From Basidiobolus meristosporus CBS 931.73 (Eukaryota; Fungi; Basidiobolomycota), in contig MCFE01000814.1 of assembly GCA_002104905.1 (NCBI GenBank), positions 1 to 33,755 on the forward strand: 33,755 nucleotides of DNA, read 5' to 3'. The position numbers and the translations under genes were made by a program. How positions within the stretch are numbered: the first letter of the stretch is position 1; each line of letters opens with the position of its first letter. The notes under the pieces were generated by a model. That model worked only from the letters and a program-made list of their open reading frames with translations, made no database searches and was not told the origin of the DNA. Below, one piece after another: positions 1-9,628 of this stretch.

Positions 1-165
1 TACGCGGGCGAGGAGAAAGCGTATACAGCACTATCAGCAGTATAGGGTTAGGGTAATTTTGTATCTGCATCAAAAAGCCTACACACGATAATGGTCTTTG
101 GATGAAGCAAGTCAAACACCACAAAAAACAACACGACGAAAGATGAGAAGAAAAGGCAACCAAAA

Positions 166-236
166 TGCATACTCGGGGAATCGAACCCCGGTCTACCGCG
201 TGGCAGGCGGTAATTATACCACTAAACCAAGTATGC
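166..236 (-). tRNA. tRNA-Gly(GCC)
   Basis: Reverse complement GCATACTTGG...GTTCGATTCCCCGAGTATGCA folds as a cloverleaf; anticodon arm ACCGC-CT-GCC-AC-GCGGT; followed by T4. Confidence 0.95.
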
Positions 237-456
237 CGTACAGTAAATGATTTAGGGGTAAAAGTATACTATCATCTATGTTATACTGCATATTCATCCA
301 AGTCACGTTATACATTGAATTTAATAAACGGGAATTTTCTCAAAAGTCAGCAAGGATATATCAGCCAACAGAACATATTCCTGACTTCTCAGCACAGCAA
401 CACATCACATAGACTACAGATGCCACAACAGCAGTATCAAAAATAAAAAGATTATA

Positions 457-529
457 CGAGCATACCAGGGATCGAACCTGGAATCTCCTGATCCGTAGTC
501 AGGCGCCTTATCCATTTGGCCATACGCCC
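457..529 (-). tRNA. tRNA-Arg(ACG)
   Basis: GGGCGTA/TATGCTC acceptor stem, anticodon arm CCTGA-CT-ACG-GA-TCAGG, GTTCGA T-loop. Confidence 0.95.
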
Positions 530-773
530 GTTATTGACAGTTCTAAAGGCATACCGTTAATGAACATGAATGAAAAAACTAGGAAGTTTTGTTTTTGCCT
601 AATGGGAATCAACATATCTCATTCACATTGAGGAAAATGAATGGTTTATAGCTTATAGCTTATACCCTTGGGAATTTCAAAGTGAGTAAGGTTTGCTAGG
701 CCTTCACATTAGTGAGCTCAACAAGGTACGGCTATATAAAATAGATGGAATATCTTGATAAGTAAAAGTAGTG

Positions 774-845
774 TTCCGCATCGGGGAATCGAACCCCGGC
801 CTTCTCGGTGAGAGCGAGAGATCCTGACCACTGGACCAATGCGGA
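774..845 (-). tRNA. tRNA-Glu(CTC)
   Basis: TCCGCAT/ATGCGGA acceptor stem, anticodon arm TCTCG-CT-CTC-AC-CGAGA, GTTCGATTC. Confidence 0.95.
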
Positions 846-1214
846 GGAACACATAAGCTTAATAAGCAGGATACCTCTCTTACCTTACCCACTAAATAAT
901 GATTGAGTGATTGTGCGATTAAATCCAAACTCGACCACCGATTGATGGCTATTTAGTACGAGACTCTTGGCCGGTTTCTTTTCAATGTATGAGTTACAAA
1001 GATTTTATGCTGAAGTATGGTTGAGAAGTGTAATACTCTGTCGCCCAAAGTCTACTTTTGGATGGAAATACTAAATGGTAGATGCTGATATGTATGTGCA
1101 AACAAGCGCATTTATTTATCGAGGCAATTTCATTAGAATGCTTTTTATGACTACCAACCGATCTAACTATGGCCATTAATTCAACAAGATCAAGCTAATA
1201 AAACTACAAAAATG

Positions 1215-1286
1215 CTCTCGGACCGGGAATTGAACCCGGGTCTCCCGCGTGACAGGCGGGGATACTTACCACTATACTATCCGAGA
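1215..1286 (-). tRNA. tRNA-Asp(GTC)
   Basis: TCTCGGA/TCCGAGA acceptor stem, anticodon arm CCCGC-CT-GTC-AC-GCGGG, GTTCAATTC. Confidence 0.95.
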
Positions 1287-1780
1287 ATCTCAGAATCAAC
1301 GAAAAGAGACATATTAGCCACAGTTTAGAAACACAGGATCGAGCGGAGATGCTGGCCACGATTGCATGCCAAAAGGCCTTAACCGACATTGATAAGAACC
1401 TCCACGGAGACTCCTTTGTAAGGAATACAACACAATCCCGAAATGAAGTACCCGTAACTATACTATCCAAGACTAGCTTGTCTTGGACGAGGCTAGAGTG
1501 GATTACTGATAACCTTCTCCTTTCGCATGATCATTAGTGTTTTTGGGCGCACACAAACGAGGACGCATTCTTGTATATACCACGCCAGGGTGTCACTGCA
1601 ATACATTCGATGCTACAGGCCATTTCACAAGACAGGTGAGCTCTTTTTGAGACAAGTCAGTTCCATAAAAAAGTAACAAGGCCGGGCTACTTTTTGGTCA
1701 TGATTTTTCTAATCAAAATAACGCATTAATACTGGCCACTAGGCATTATAAGATGGTGGCTATTGGGTGTAAAAATTATT

Positions 1781-1854
1781 TGCTCACAGCAGGGGTCGAA
1801 CCTGCGACCTTGGCGTTATTAGCACCACGCTCTAACCAACTGAGCTATGCGAGC
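1781..1854 (-). tRNA. tRNA-Ile(AAT)
   Basis: GCTCGCA/TGTGAGC acceptor stem, D-arm TAGCTCAGTTGGTTAGAGC, anticodon arm TGGTG-CT-AAT-AA-CGCCA. Confidence 0.95.
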
Positions 1855-2185
1855 TTATTGATCTTTGGTGGTAGTACTGTCATTATAACTCGAATATTCT
1901 ACCCTTGCTAACTGTTGTTAAATGCATCATTGCATCGAAACGAGCCAATTTTGCTTTCCAAACTAACAAACCCAATAATAATATCAAAAGGAAGATGATC
2001 TGAACGCTAATCATCATAAAATACCAATCTCTTGCAAATCAAACTGATGTCCCAAGCCTAACTTGAGTACTACGGGTAAACATGTATACACCCTTCAAAA
2101 TGGTCGGGCTCACTTAGTGGCGAGTACCTTGAATAAGAATCAAAATTCTATTTTGAAAATGTCGAGCGTACAAAACAAAAATCAG

Positions 2186-2257
2186 TGAGGAGTGCGTGAT
2201 TTGAACACGCAACCTTTCGCTCTGGAGGCGAACGCGCTACCGTTGCGCCAACCCCCC
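2186..2257 (-). tRNA. tRNA-Trp(CCA)
   Basis: GGGGGGT/ACTCCTC acceptor stem, anticodon arm TTCGC-CT-CCA-GA-GCGAA, GTTCAAATC. Confidence 0.93.
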
Positions 2258-2644
2258 ACTTCTTGAGTGTTAGGTATTTATAGGTGGACTGATAGATAAA
2301 GAGAGCAAAGAAGAGTTAGGTAGACAGCCTCACTGCTGACTATACGTATAAATCTGCCTTAGCCGTAAATACCATAAACGCTGAGCTGTAAATTACTCCG
2401 AAATGTATTTGAAGTCCATGGTATTTGGTCACATTTTATATTCCTTCTGTATCTGCATTGATATACATTCAGTATCAAGTAAACATAACGGCTATATTTT
2501 TCCTGGGACGCCAAAGTGCATACCCCTTTCTTCCAGCCCCTTGTAACTCAATCATAATGGATATTGCCAATATTCCCCAACAGAACGGTAAAACAAGAAT
2601 TATTGTTGAATCATATACCATTAATGCTAACCCTATCCAACAAT

Positions 2645-2718
2645 GTCTTCGTGGTGTAGTTGGTTATCACGTCTGTCTAACACACAGACGGTCCTCGGTT
2701 CGAATCCGAGCGAAGACA
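2645..2718 (+). tRNA. tRNA-Val(AAC)
   Basis: GTCTTCG/CGAAGAC acceptor stem, anticodon arm TCTGT-CT-AAC-AC-ACAGA, T6 terminator just downstream. Confidence 0.95.
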
Positions 2719-3116
2719 TAACTTTTTTCACCAGCAAGCGTGCTACCCCAGTGACTATACTCAAAGTAGCATTATTATTATTATTACCGCTGTATAGTAT
2801 CGTAGTACCGGTGGTGATGGTTAGCAACAGCGAACCACTCCTCCAGAGTGGCACCTGGAGTGATCTCACGGTACACATCCTACATTGATTCGACCTGAAT
2901 TTACACCCATAGTAAACAGACAGAGATATTGAGTGGGTGGTGCAGAAGAAGGGTTGCTATCACCGAACCATGCTCAAGGGACAAGTGCGACGACCATAAT
3001 GAGTCCATATAGAGCAGGCGTTTCTATTAGCATTGTCAAGGGGATTAATATGGTTGTCTGATTGTTGTTTCTTTGATTGTTTTGAAGAGAAGAATAGTGC
3101 TAGTGAAGCCCCAAAA

Positions 3117-3306
3117 GGGCTCGGCGTCACCTAGAGGTAGTGCAATACTAGGGACACCTGTGGGCAGACAAGTGTGCAAGCAGGGACTTATCACCCGATG
3201 TTCAAAAATAAGTTTAATATCGAACTGGACTATGTCCAGTGTTTCAGATATTAAGCTGAAAAGAACAGATACTACACTTGATCTTAGCCAAAAGGCCTGA
3301 GAGGAT
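3117..3306 (-). ncRNA. U2: U2 spliceosomal snRNA (copy 1)
   Basis: Begins ATCCTCTCAGGCCTTTTGGCTAAGATCAAGTGTAGTATCTGTTCTT (U2 5' end with branch-pairing GTAGTA); Sm site AACTTATTTTTGAA; stem-loop IV loop ATTGCAC. 3' end approximate. Confidence 0.95.
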
Positions 3307-3710
3307 TGTAAGGATCTCCGGTGACATGGCGACTTTATTTATACTTACCAATGTTGCATGGGAAGCGGTTTAAATTATCAACGCTTTTTGAATTTTTATT
3401 CATAGTTTCGTATGTAGAACTGTGGTGTGGACCACATGTGTGTAGTTTTGCATTGGATCGAAGATTGACCTTAGAAAGCGTGAAATCATGGAATTATTAG
3501 CACATATGTATATTGGATAGCCCTTGAATCGGATTAAATTGGCAGATGGCCTATGGTAGAGTAGTGAGATGGGATGGGATTGTTTGGAATATCCTTAATG
3601 TGAAGATGGTAACGAACCAAGGCCAGAGCCATATAGGAGGGTGGATGTTTCGACACACACTCCAGAGTGCAGGCTATCATAAACAATTGATGGCTGCGAA
3701 GCAAAAGAAA

Positions 3711-3758
3711 GGGCTCAACCGGGAATTGAACCCGGGACCTCTCCCACCCTAAGAGAGA
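3711..3758 (-). pseudogene. 5'-truncated tRNA-Pro(AGG) in the palindrome spacer
   Basis: Reverse complement TCTCTC-TT-AGG-GT-GGGAG-AGGTCCCGGGTTCAATTCCCGGTTGAGCCC gives the anticodon arm, T arm and 3' acceptor strand; D arm and 5' acceptor strand are replaced by the inverted arm. Confidence 0.9.
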
Positions 3759-4110
3759 GCCATCAATTGTTTATGATAGCCATGCACTCTGGAGTGTGTG
3801 TCGAAACATCCACCCTCCTATATGGCTCTGGCCTTGGTTCGTTACCATCTTCACATTAAGGATATTCCAAACAATCCCATCCCATCTCACTACTCTACCA
3901 TAGGCCATCTGCCAATTTAATCCGATTCAAGGGCTATCCAATATACATATGTGCTAATAATTCCATGATTTCACGCTTTCTAAGGTCAATCTTCGATCCA
4001 ATGCAAAACTACACACATGTGGTCCACACCACAGTTCTACATACGAAACTATGAATAAAAATTCAAAAAGCGTTGATAATTTAAACCGCTTCCCATGCAA
4101 CATTGGTAAG

Positions 4111-4118
4111 TATAAATA
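4111..4118 (+). promoter_or_regulatory. TATA box upstream of U2 (also at 3336-3343 minus and 15621-15628 plus)
   Basis: TATAAATA starts 37 nt before the U2 +1 and is present in all three copies. Confidence 0.6.
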
Positions 4119-4147
4119 AAGTCGCCATGTCACCGGAGATCCTTACA

Positions 4148-4337
4148 ATCCTCTCAGGCCTTTTGGCTAAGATCAAGTGTAGTATCTGTTCTTTTCAGCT
4201 TAATATCTGAAACACTGGACATAGTCCAGTTCGATATTAAACTTATTTTTGAACATCGGGTGATAAGTCCCTGCTTGCACACTTGTCTGCCCACAGGTGT
4301 CCCTAGTATTGCACTACCTCTAGGTGACGCCGAGCCC
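4148..4337 (+). ncRNA. U2: U2 spliceosomal snRNA (copy 2)
   Basis: Mirror of copy 1; same conserved 5' end, Sm site and loop IV. Confidence 0.95.
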
Positions 4338-4735
4338 TTTTGGGGCTTCACTAGCACTATTCTTCTCTTCAAAACAATCAAAGAAACAACAATCAGACAA
4401 CCATATTAATCCCCTTGACAATGCTAATAGAAACGCCTGCTCTATATGGACTCATTATGGTCGTCGCACTTGTCCCTTGAGCATGGTTCGGTGATAGCAA
4501 CCCTTCTTCTGCACCACCCACTCAATATCTCTGTCTGTTTACTATGGGTGTAAATTCAGGTCGAATCAATGTAGGATGTGTACCGTGAGATCACTCCAGG
4601 TGCCACTCTGGAGGAGTGGTTCGCTGTTGCCAACCATCACCACCGGTACTACGATACTATACAGCGGTAATAATAATAATAATGCTACTTTGAGTATAGT
4701 CACTGGGGTAGCACGCTTGCTGGTGAAAAAAGTTA

Positions 4736-4809
4736 TGTCTTCGCTCGGATTCGAACCGAGGACCGTCTGTGTGTTAGACAGACGTGATAACCAACTACAC
4801 CACGAAGAC
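4736..4809 (-). tRNA. tRNA-Val(AAC), palindrome copy
   Basis: Mirror of 2645-2718. Confidence 0.95.
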
Positions 4810-5196
4810 ATTGTTGGATAGGGTTAGCATTAATGGTATATGATTCAACAATAATTCTTGTTTTACCGTTCTGTTGGGGAATATTGGCAATATCCATTAT
4901 GATTGAGTTACAAGGGGCTGGAAGAAAGGGGTATGCACTTTGGCGTCCCAGGAAAAATATAGCCGTTATGTTTACTTGATACTGAATGTATATCAATGCA
5001 GATACAGAAGGAATATAAAATGTGACCAAATACCATGGACTTCAAATACATTTCGGAGTAATTTACAGCTCAGCGTTTATGGTATTTACGGCTAAGGCAG
5101 ATTTATACGTATAGTCAGCAGTGAGGCTGTCTACCTAACTCTTCTTTGCTCTCTTTATCTATCAGTCCACCTATAAATACCTAACACTCAAGAAGT

Positions 5197-5268
5197 GGGG
5201 GGTTGGCGCAACGGTAGCGCGTTCGCCTCCAGAGCGAAAGGTTGCGTGTTCAAATCACGCACTCCTCA
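5197..5268 (+). tRNA. tRNA-Trp(CCA), palindrome copy
   Basis: Mirror of 2186-2257. Confidence 0.93.
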
Positions 5269-5599
5269 CTGATTTTTGTTTTGTACGCTCGACATTTTCA
5301 AAATAGAATTTTGATTCTTATTCAAGGTACTCGCCACTAAGTGAGCCCGACCATTTTGAAGGGTGTATACATGTTTACCCGTAGTACTCAAGTTAGGCTT
5401 GGGACATCAGTTTGATTTGCAAGAGATTGGTATTTTATGATGATTAGCGTTCAGATCATCTTCCTTTTGATATTATTATTGGGTTTGTTAGTTTGGAAAG
5501 CAAAATTGGCTCGTTTCGATGCAACGATGCATTTAACAACAGTTAGCAAGGGTAGAATATTCGAGTTATAATGACAGTACTACCACCAAAGATCAATAA

Positions 5600-5673
5600 G
5601 CTCGCATAGCTCAGTTGGTTAGAGCGTGGTGCTAATAACGCCAAGGTCGCAGGTTCGACCCCTGCTGTGAGCA
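5600..5673 (+). tRNA. tRNA-Ile(AAT), palindrome copy
   Basis: Mirror of 1781-1854. Confidence 0.95.
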
Positions 5674-6167
5674 AATAATTTTTACACCCAATAGCCACCA
5701 TCTTATAATGCCTAGTGGCCAGTATTAATGCGTTATTTTGATTAGAAAAATCATGACCAAAAAGTAGCCCGGCCTTGTTACTTTTTTATGGAACTGACTT
5801 GTCGCAAAAAGAGCTCACCTGTCTTGTGAAATGGCCTGTAGCATCGAATGTATTGCAGTGACACCCTGGCGTGGTATATACAAGAATGCGTCCTCGTTTG
5901 TGTGCGCCCAAAAACACTAATGATCATGCGAAAGGAGAAGGTTATCAGTAATCCACTCTAGCCTCGTCCAAGACAAGCTAGTCTTGGATAGTATAGTTAC
6001 GGGTACTTCATTTCGGGATTGTGTTGTATTCCTTACAAAGGAGTCTCCGTGGAGGTTCTTATCAATGTCGGTTAAGGCCTTTTGGCATGCAATCGTGGCC
6101 AGCATCTCCGCTCGATCCTGTGTTTCTAAACTGTGGCTAATATGTCTCTTTTCGTTGATTCTGAGAT

Positions 6168-6239
6168 TCTCGGATAGTATAGTGGTAAGTATCCCCGCCT
6201 GTCACGCGGGAGACCCGGGTTCAATTCCCGGTCCGAGAG
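6168..6239 (+). tRNA. tRNA-Asp(GTC), palindrome copy
   Basis: Mirror of 1215-1286. Confidence 0.95.
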
Positions 6240-6608
6240 CATTTTTGTAGTTTTATTAGCTTGATCTTGTTGAATTAATGGCCATAGTTAGATCGGTTGG
6301 TAGTCATAAAAAGCATTCTAATGAAATTGCCTCGATAAATAAATGCGCTTGTTTGCACATACATATCAGCATCTACCATTTAGTATTTCCATCCAAAAGT
6401 AGACTTTGGGCGACAGAGTATTACACTTCTCAACCATACTTCAGCATAAAATCTTTGTAACTCATACATTGAAAAGAAACCGGCCAAGAGTCTCGTACTA
6501 AATAGCCATCAATCGGTGGTCGAGTTTGGATTTAATCGCACAATCACTCAATCATTATTTAGTGGGTAAGGTAAGAGAGGTATCCTGCTTATTAAGCTTA
6601 TGTGTTCC

Positions 6609-6680
6609 TCCGCATTGGTCCAGTGGTCAGGATCTCTCGCTCTCACCGAGAAGGCCGGGGTTCGATTCCCCGATGCGGAA
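6609..6680 (+). tRNA. tRNA-Glu(CTC), palindrome copy
   Basis: Mirror of 774-845. Confidence 0.95.
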
Positions 6681-6918
6681 CACTACTTTTACTTATCAAG
6701 ATATTCCATCTATTTTATATAGCCGTACCTTGTTGAGCTCACTAATGTGAAGGCCTAGCAAACCTTACTCACTTTGAAATTCCCAAGGGTATAAGCTATA
6801 TAACCATTCATTTTCCTCAATGTGAATGAGATATGTTGATTCCCATTAGGCAAAAACAAAACTTCCTAGTTTTTTCATTCATGTTCATTAACGGTATGCC
6901 TTTAGAACTGTCAATAAC

Positions 6919-6991
6919 GGGCGTATGGCCAAATGGATAAGGCGCCTGACTACGGATCAGGAGATTCCAGGTTCGATCCCTGGTATGCTCG
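6919..6991 (+). tRNA. tRNA-Arg(ACG), palindrome copy
   Basis: Mirror of 457-529. Confidence 0.95.
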
Positions 6992-7211
6992 TATAATCTT
7001 TTTATTTTTGATACTGCTGTTGTGGCATCTGTAGTCTATGTGATGTGTTGCTGTGCTGAGAAGTCAGGAATATGTTCTGTTGGCTGATATATCCTTGCTG
7101 ACTTTTGAGAAAATTCCCGTTTATTAAATTCAATGTATAACGTGACTTGGATGAATATGCAGTATAACATAGATGATAGTATACTTTTACCCCTAAATCA
7201 TTTACTGTACG

Positions 7212-7254
7212 GCATACTTGGTTTAGTGGTATAATTACCGCCTGCCACGCGGTA
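7212..7254 (+). pseudogene. 3'-truncated tRNA-Gly(GCC) at the outer end of the right arm
   Basis: Matches the intact copy through ...CTGCCACGCGGTA, then reads TCCGGTACAC instead of GACCGGGGTTCG; the T arm (B box) is lost. Confidence 0.9.
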
Positions 7255-7521
7255 TCCGGTACACAATATAAATTACCGAAGTACAACAGAATAAAGGCTA
7301 CTCTAATTTACTCTGGGAATTTTTGGCACCCATTCCAGCCGGATGTTCTATATTGAAGTCGTATTAGAGAATACCATGCTTGGTTATTTATATGGTAGAT
7401 TCCGGTTGAATGCCTTGGCCACATCACCTATCTAGCGCTTAGTGTATCATTCACGATACTTCATTTCTTTCCTGCACCATGTCAGATTTGGGTGTATCGG
7501 CTTGAAATAGGGATGTGAACT

Positions 7522-8613
7522 TTGCCCTACATTGCAGGTCACTGGTATGCTTCTTGTTATGGTACAGTATTTACTGGATACAGCTTGGTTGGTAGAGCAG
7601 AAGACTGTAGTGCTAACATGGTTCTGTGGTATTTATGCTACCTAGAGTGTCACAGCAGTTGCACTTCATACAAGAGCAGGGTGTCATCATGTCTGGCTTG
7701 GATGACTTTGATATGCCATAATACTAGTTCCTCGAACATAAGTGGCATTTTTTGGGGTAGTGGTATGAGAGAGACGTATAAATATAATGGCTTTGGTCTA
7801 GACACAAGAATATACAGTATTCCTCAACTATTCAAAGACCACCTACCTCTCATCAAGGTTGCGACAATGAAAATTTCCGAATTTTTTGATAAAAACTGGC
7901 GGCTCACGGGTCTGTGGACGGTGTCCAGTATTGGCCCAAATAGTATTACTGGATCACGATTGAGCTATGATGATGAGTTCCTAGGCGAACAAGCCCTGTA
8001 TAAAATGGAGCCGTGGTGGCCAGTATATGATCATATAGAGCGAGGTTGGGAAGAAATAACACCTCCTCGCACACCCTTGGCTAGGTATGTTGCCATTGAA
8101 CATGGACAAACACTTGAAGGCTATTTTGATTATTGGCCTCTGGGTCAGTTAGAATCAGTTCCTGCATATATAGCTGAGTATGTACCCTATCATACCCCCA
8201 TTGTGAAAGTATGTGCTTATCACCTTGCTGGAGGGCAAGTCATAAAGCAGGGCCTTACCATGCAAGAGCCTTCTGTGTCCTATCTGATGGACACTGATGG
8301 ATTGACCACGCGAGCATATCGGACTGATTCCTATGAAGGTTCTTACCCATTATTTGGGTGTTATACGTTTGAGCAATCTCGTGGGCAATATTGGCTCTGG
8401 TGGCCAGATACTGGAAGGCAAATAGCACTTGGGCTCATCAGACTACATGAGGCAAAACAACAGCTTACAGTTCATTTAGATGGGCTACCAGCAGTGTTGG
8501 CTACGCACCCGTGGGCTTTGAAGGGCTCGGCAACTGATGAATACATGGGTGTTGGGATGTCTCAGACTAGATTTAGGACAGCTCTTGAAAACCCTAGGTG
8601 TGTTACTGAGTAG
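7522..8613 (+). CDS. Intronless orphan ORF, 363 codons, unknown product
   Basis: 1092 nt without a stop in moderately AT-rich DNA. ORF-track start is TTG; first ATG is codon 33. No family recognised. Confidence 0.5.
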   Translation: MPYIAGHWYASCYGTVFTGYSLVGRAEDCSANMVLWYLCYLECHSSCTSYKSRVSSCLAWMTLICHNTSSSNISGIFWGSGMRETYKYNGFGLDTRIYSIPQLFKDHLPLIKVATMKISEFFDKNWRLTGLWTVSSIGPNSITGSRLSYDDEFLGEQALYKMEPWWPVYDHIERGWEEITPPRTPLARYVAIEHGQTLEGYFDYWPLGQLESVPAYIAEYVPYHTPIVKVCAYHLAGGQVIKQGLTMQEPSVSYLMDTDGLTTRAYRTDSYEGSYPLFGCYTFEQSRGQYWLWWPDTGRQIALGLIRLHEAKQQLTVHLDGLPAVLATHPWALKGSATDEYMGVGMSQTRFRTALENPRCVTE

Positions 8614-8994
8614 CTGTATTGTTGGATTGTGTAACTACAACTTGTGTATTGCTATAGCTGATAAGCACTGAATCTGTCTTAAAACACCAACCTCAACCAG
8701 GCTTTTACTTAACTGAGAATTCTATAGTGGACAATAATAATATGCATAAAAAATGTAGGCAATGCAGTTTTCTTTTGGAGGTTGGAGACAGCTCATCAGT
8801 TGCAAATATGCTGCCTAATGTCTAATTAAATACATACTTGGTAATAGCTCTTTGTAACTGTTATATTGACTTTCATCAACCTTGACTTACTTTCTTACTG
8901 TACACTTCAACTCTTATTGAAATGAGGCTCTCAATGTTAAAGCACATCAAAATAGTTCCTGGCTTTTCCCACAGCCCTCTGGAGCTCTCTTGAG

Positions 8995-9247
8995 TGTTGA
9001 AAATTTGTAGTTGCACCTAGGTATTTCCTTAGCTTAGTCACATGGATCACAGTCAACATATATTAGAGAATTCTTATCAAATTCCTTTTTGGGATTTACT
9101 TGCATAGTTATGACTAAGATTTTAGACACCCAGAACATGAAAAAATGCTCAGGTGCTCAAACAGCCCCTCGTATTGCATAGATGCTTTGGGACTTTCCTA
9201 ATCATATTCTACATGTTTTCTTACCAAAATCATGTAAATGTATAAAT
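8995..9247 (+). mobile_element. Degenerate LTR, 5' part, interrupted at its TATA box
   Basis: TGTTGAAAATTTGTAG... aligns loosely with the LTR (TTAGAGAAT, CCCAGAACATGAAAA, ACAGCCCC, GGGAC.TTCCTA) and stops at TATAAAT. Confidence 0.7.
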
Positions 9248-9597
9248 TGTTGTAAAAGTTTGTAATTCCACCTAAATATTCACCTAACTTGGTCACCTAG
9301 ATCATTACCTTCAAATCCTAGAGAATACTGACCAAATTCCTTGTTGGGATTTAGTTAGAATATTTTCACCAACATACCAGATACCCAGAACATGAAAATT
9401 CTCAAAGTTTGTCCTAACAGCCCCATGCTTTGCACACATGCTCTTGGGACCTTCCTAAACTTATTCTATGTGTTTGGTATGCCAAGACCTTGTAAAAGTA
9501 TAAATACTACTTTTACATTCAATATATCATTAAGTGAAAACCACATAATCTACTTGTTCTTCCAATCACTTCCAGTATCTCCAAGACTCTTACAACA
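9248..9597 (+). repeat. 5' LTR (350 bp)
   Basis: TGTTGTAA...TTACAACA terminal inverted repeat; internal TATAAATA at 9499-9506. Confidence 0.92.
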
Positions 9598-9609
9598 GGT
9601 CATGAGCCC
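9598..9609 (+). other. Primer-binding site, half-tRNA-iMet type
   Basis: GGTCATGAGCCC directly after the LTR, resembling the GGTTATG(A/G)GCCC PBS of Ty5/copia, which pairs with the iMet anticodon arm. Confidence 0.8.
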
Positions 9610-9628
9610 CAAGCTGCCACTTTTTGCA

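Larger units (their letters stand above)
194..7254. repeat. ~3.5-kb-arm inverted duplication (palindrome): arms ~194-3695 and ~3758-7254, spacer 3696-3757
   Basis: Mirror coordinates sum to 7454 (7448 outside a net 6-bp indel near 646-660), e.g. identical ORFs 704..928/6526..6750 and 3073..3300/4154..4381. All RNA genes are mirrored. Confidence 0.98.

Noticed and set aside
43-54. TAGGGTTAGGGT as a chromosome end
   Set aside because: Only two units, flanked by ordinary sequence; not a telomeric array.
3341-3349. ATACTTACC resembling the U1 snRNA 5' end, divergent from U2
   Set aside because: The tenth base is A rather than the invariant T, there are no U1 loop I/II motifs or Sm site downstream, and it overlaps the U2 TATA on the other strand.
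3696-3757. Inverted-repeat centromere with a central core (S. pombe or Komagataella type)
   Set aside because: The spacer is only 62 bp and is mostly a tRNA-Pro remnant, far smaller than those kilobase cores.
165-7286. Short mirrored ORFs (60-98 aa) in the palindrome, and the 75-aa ORF seen three times
   Set aside because: They overlap tRNA or U2 genes, mostly antisense, and recur only because the DNA is duplicated.
7255-7521. Possible in-frame pseudogenic 5' extension of the orphan ORF up to the junction
   Set aside because: Three stops in 89 codons is about what random sequence gives.
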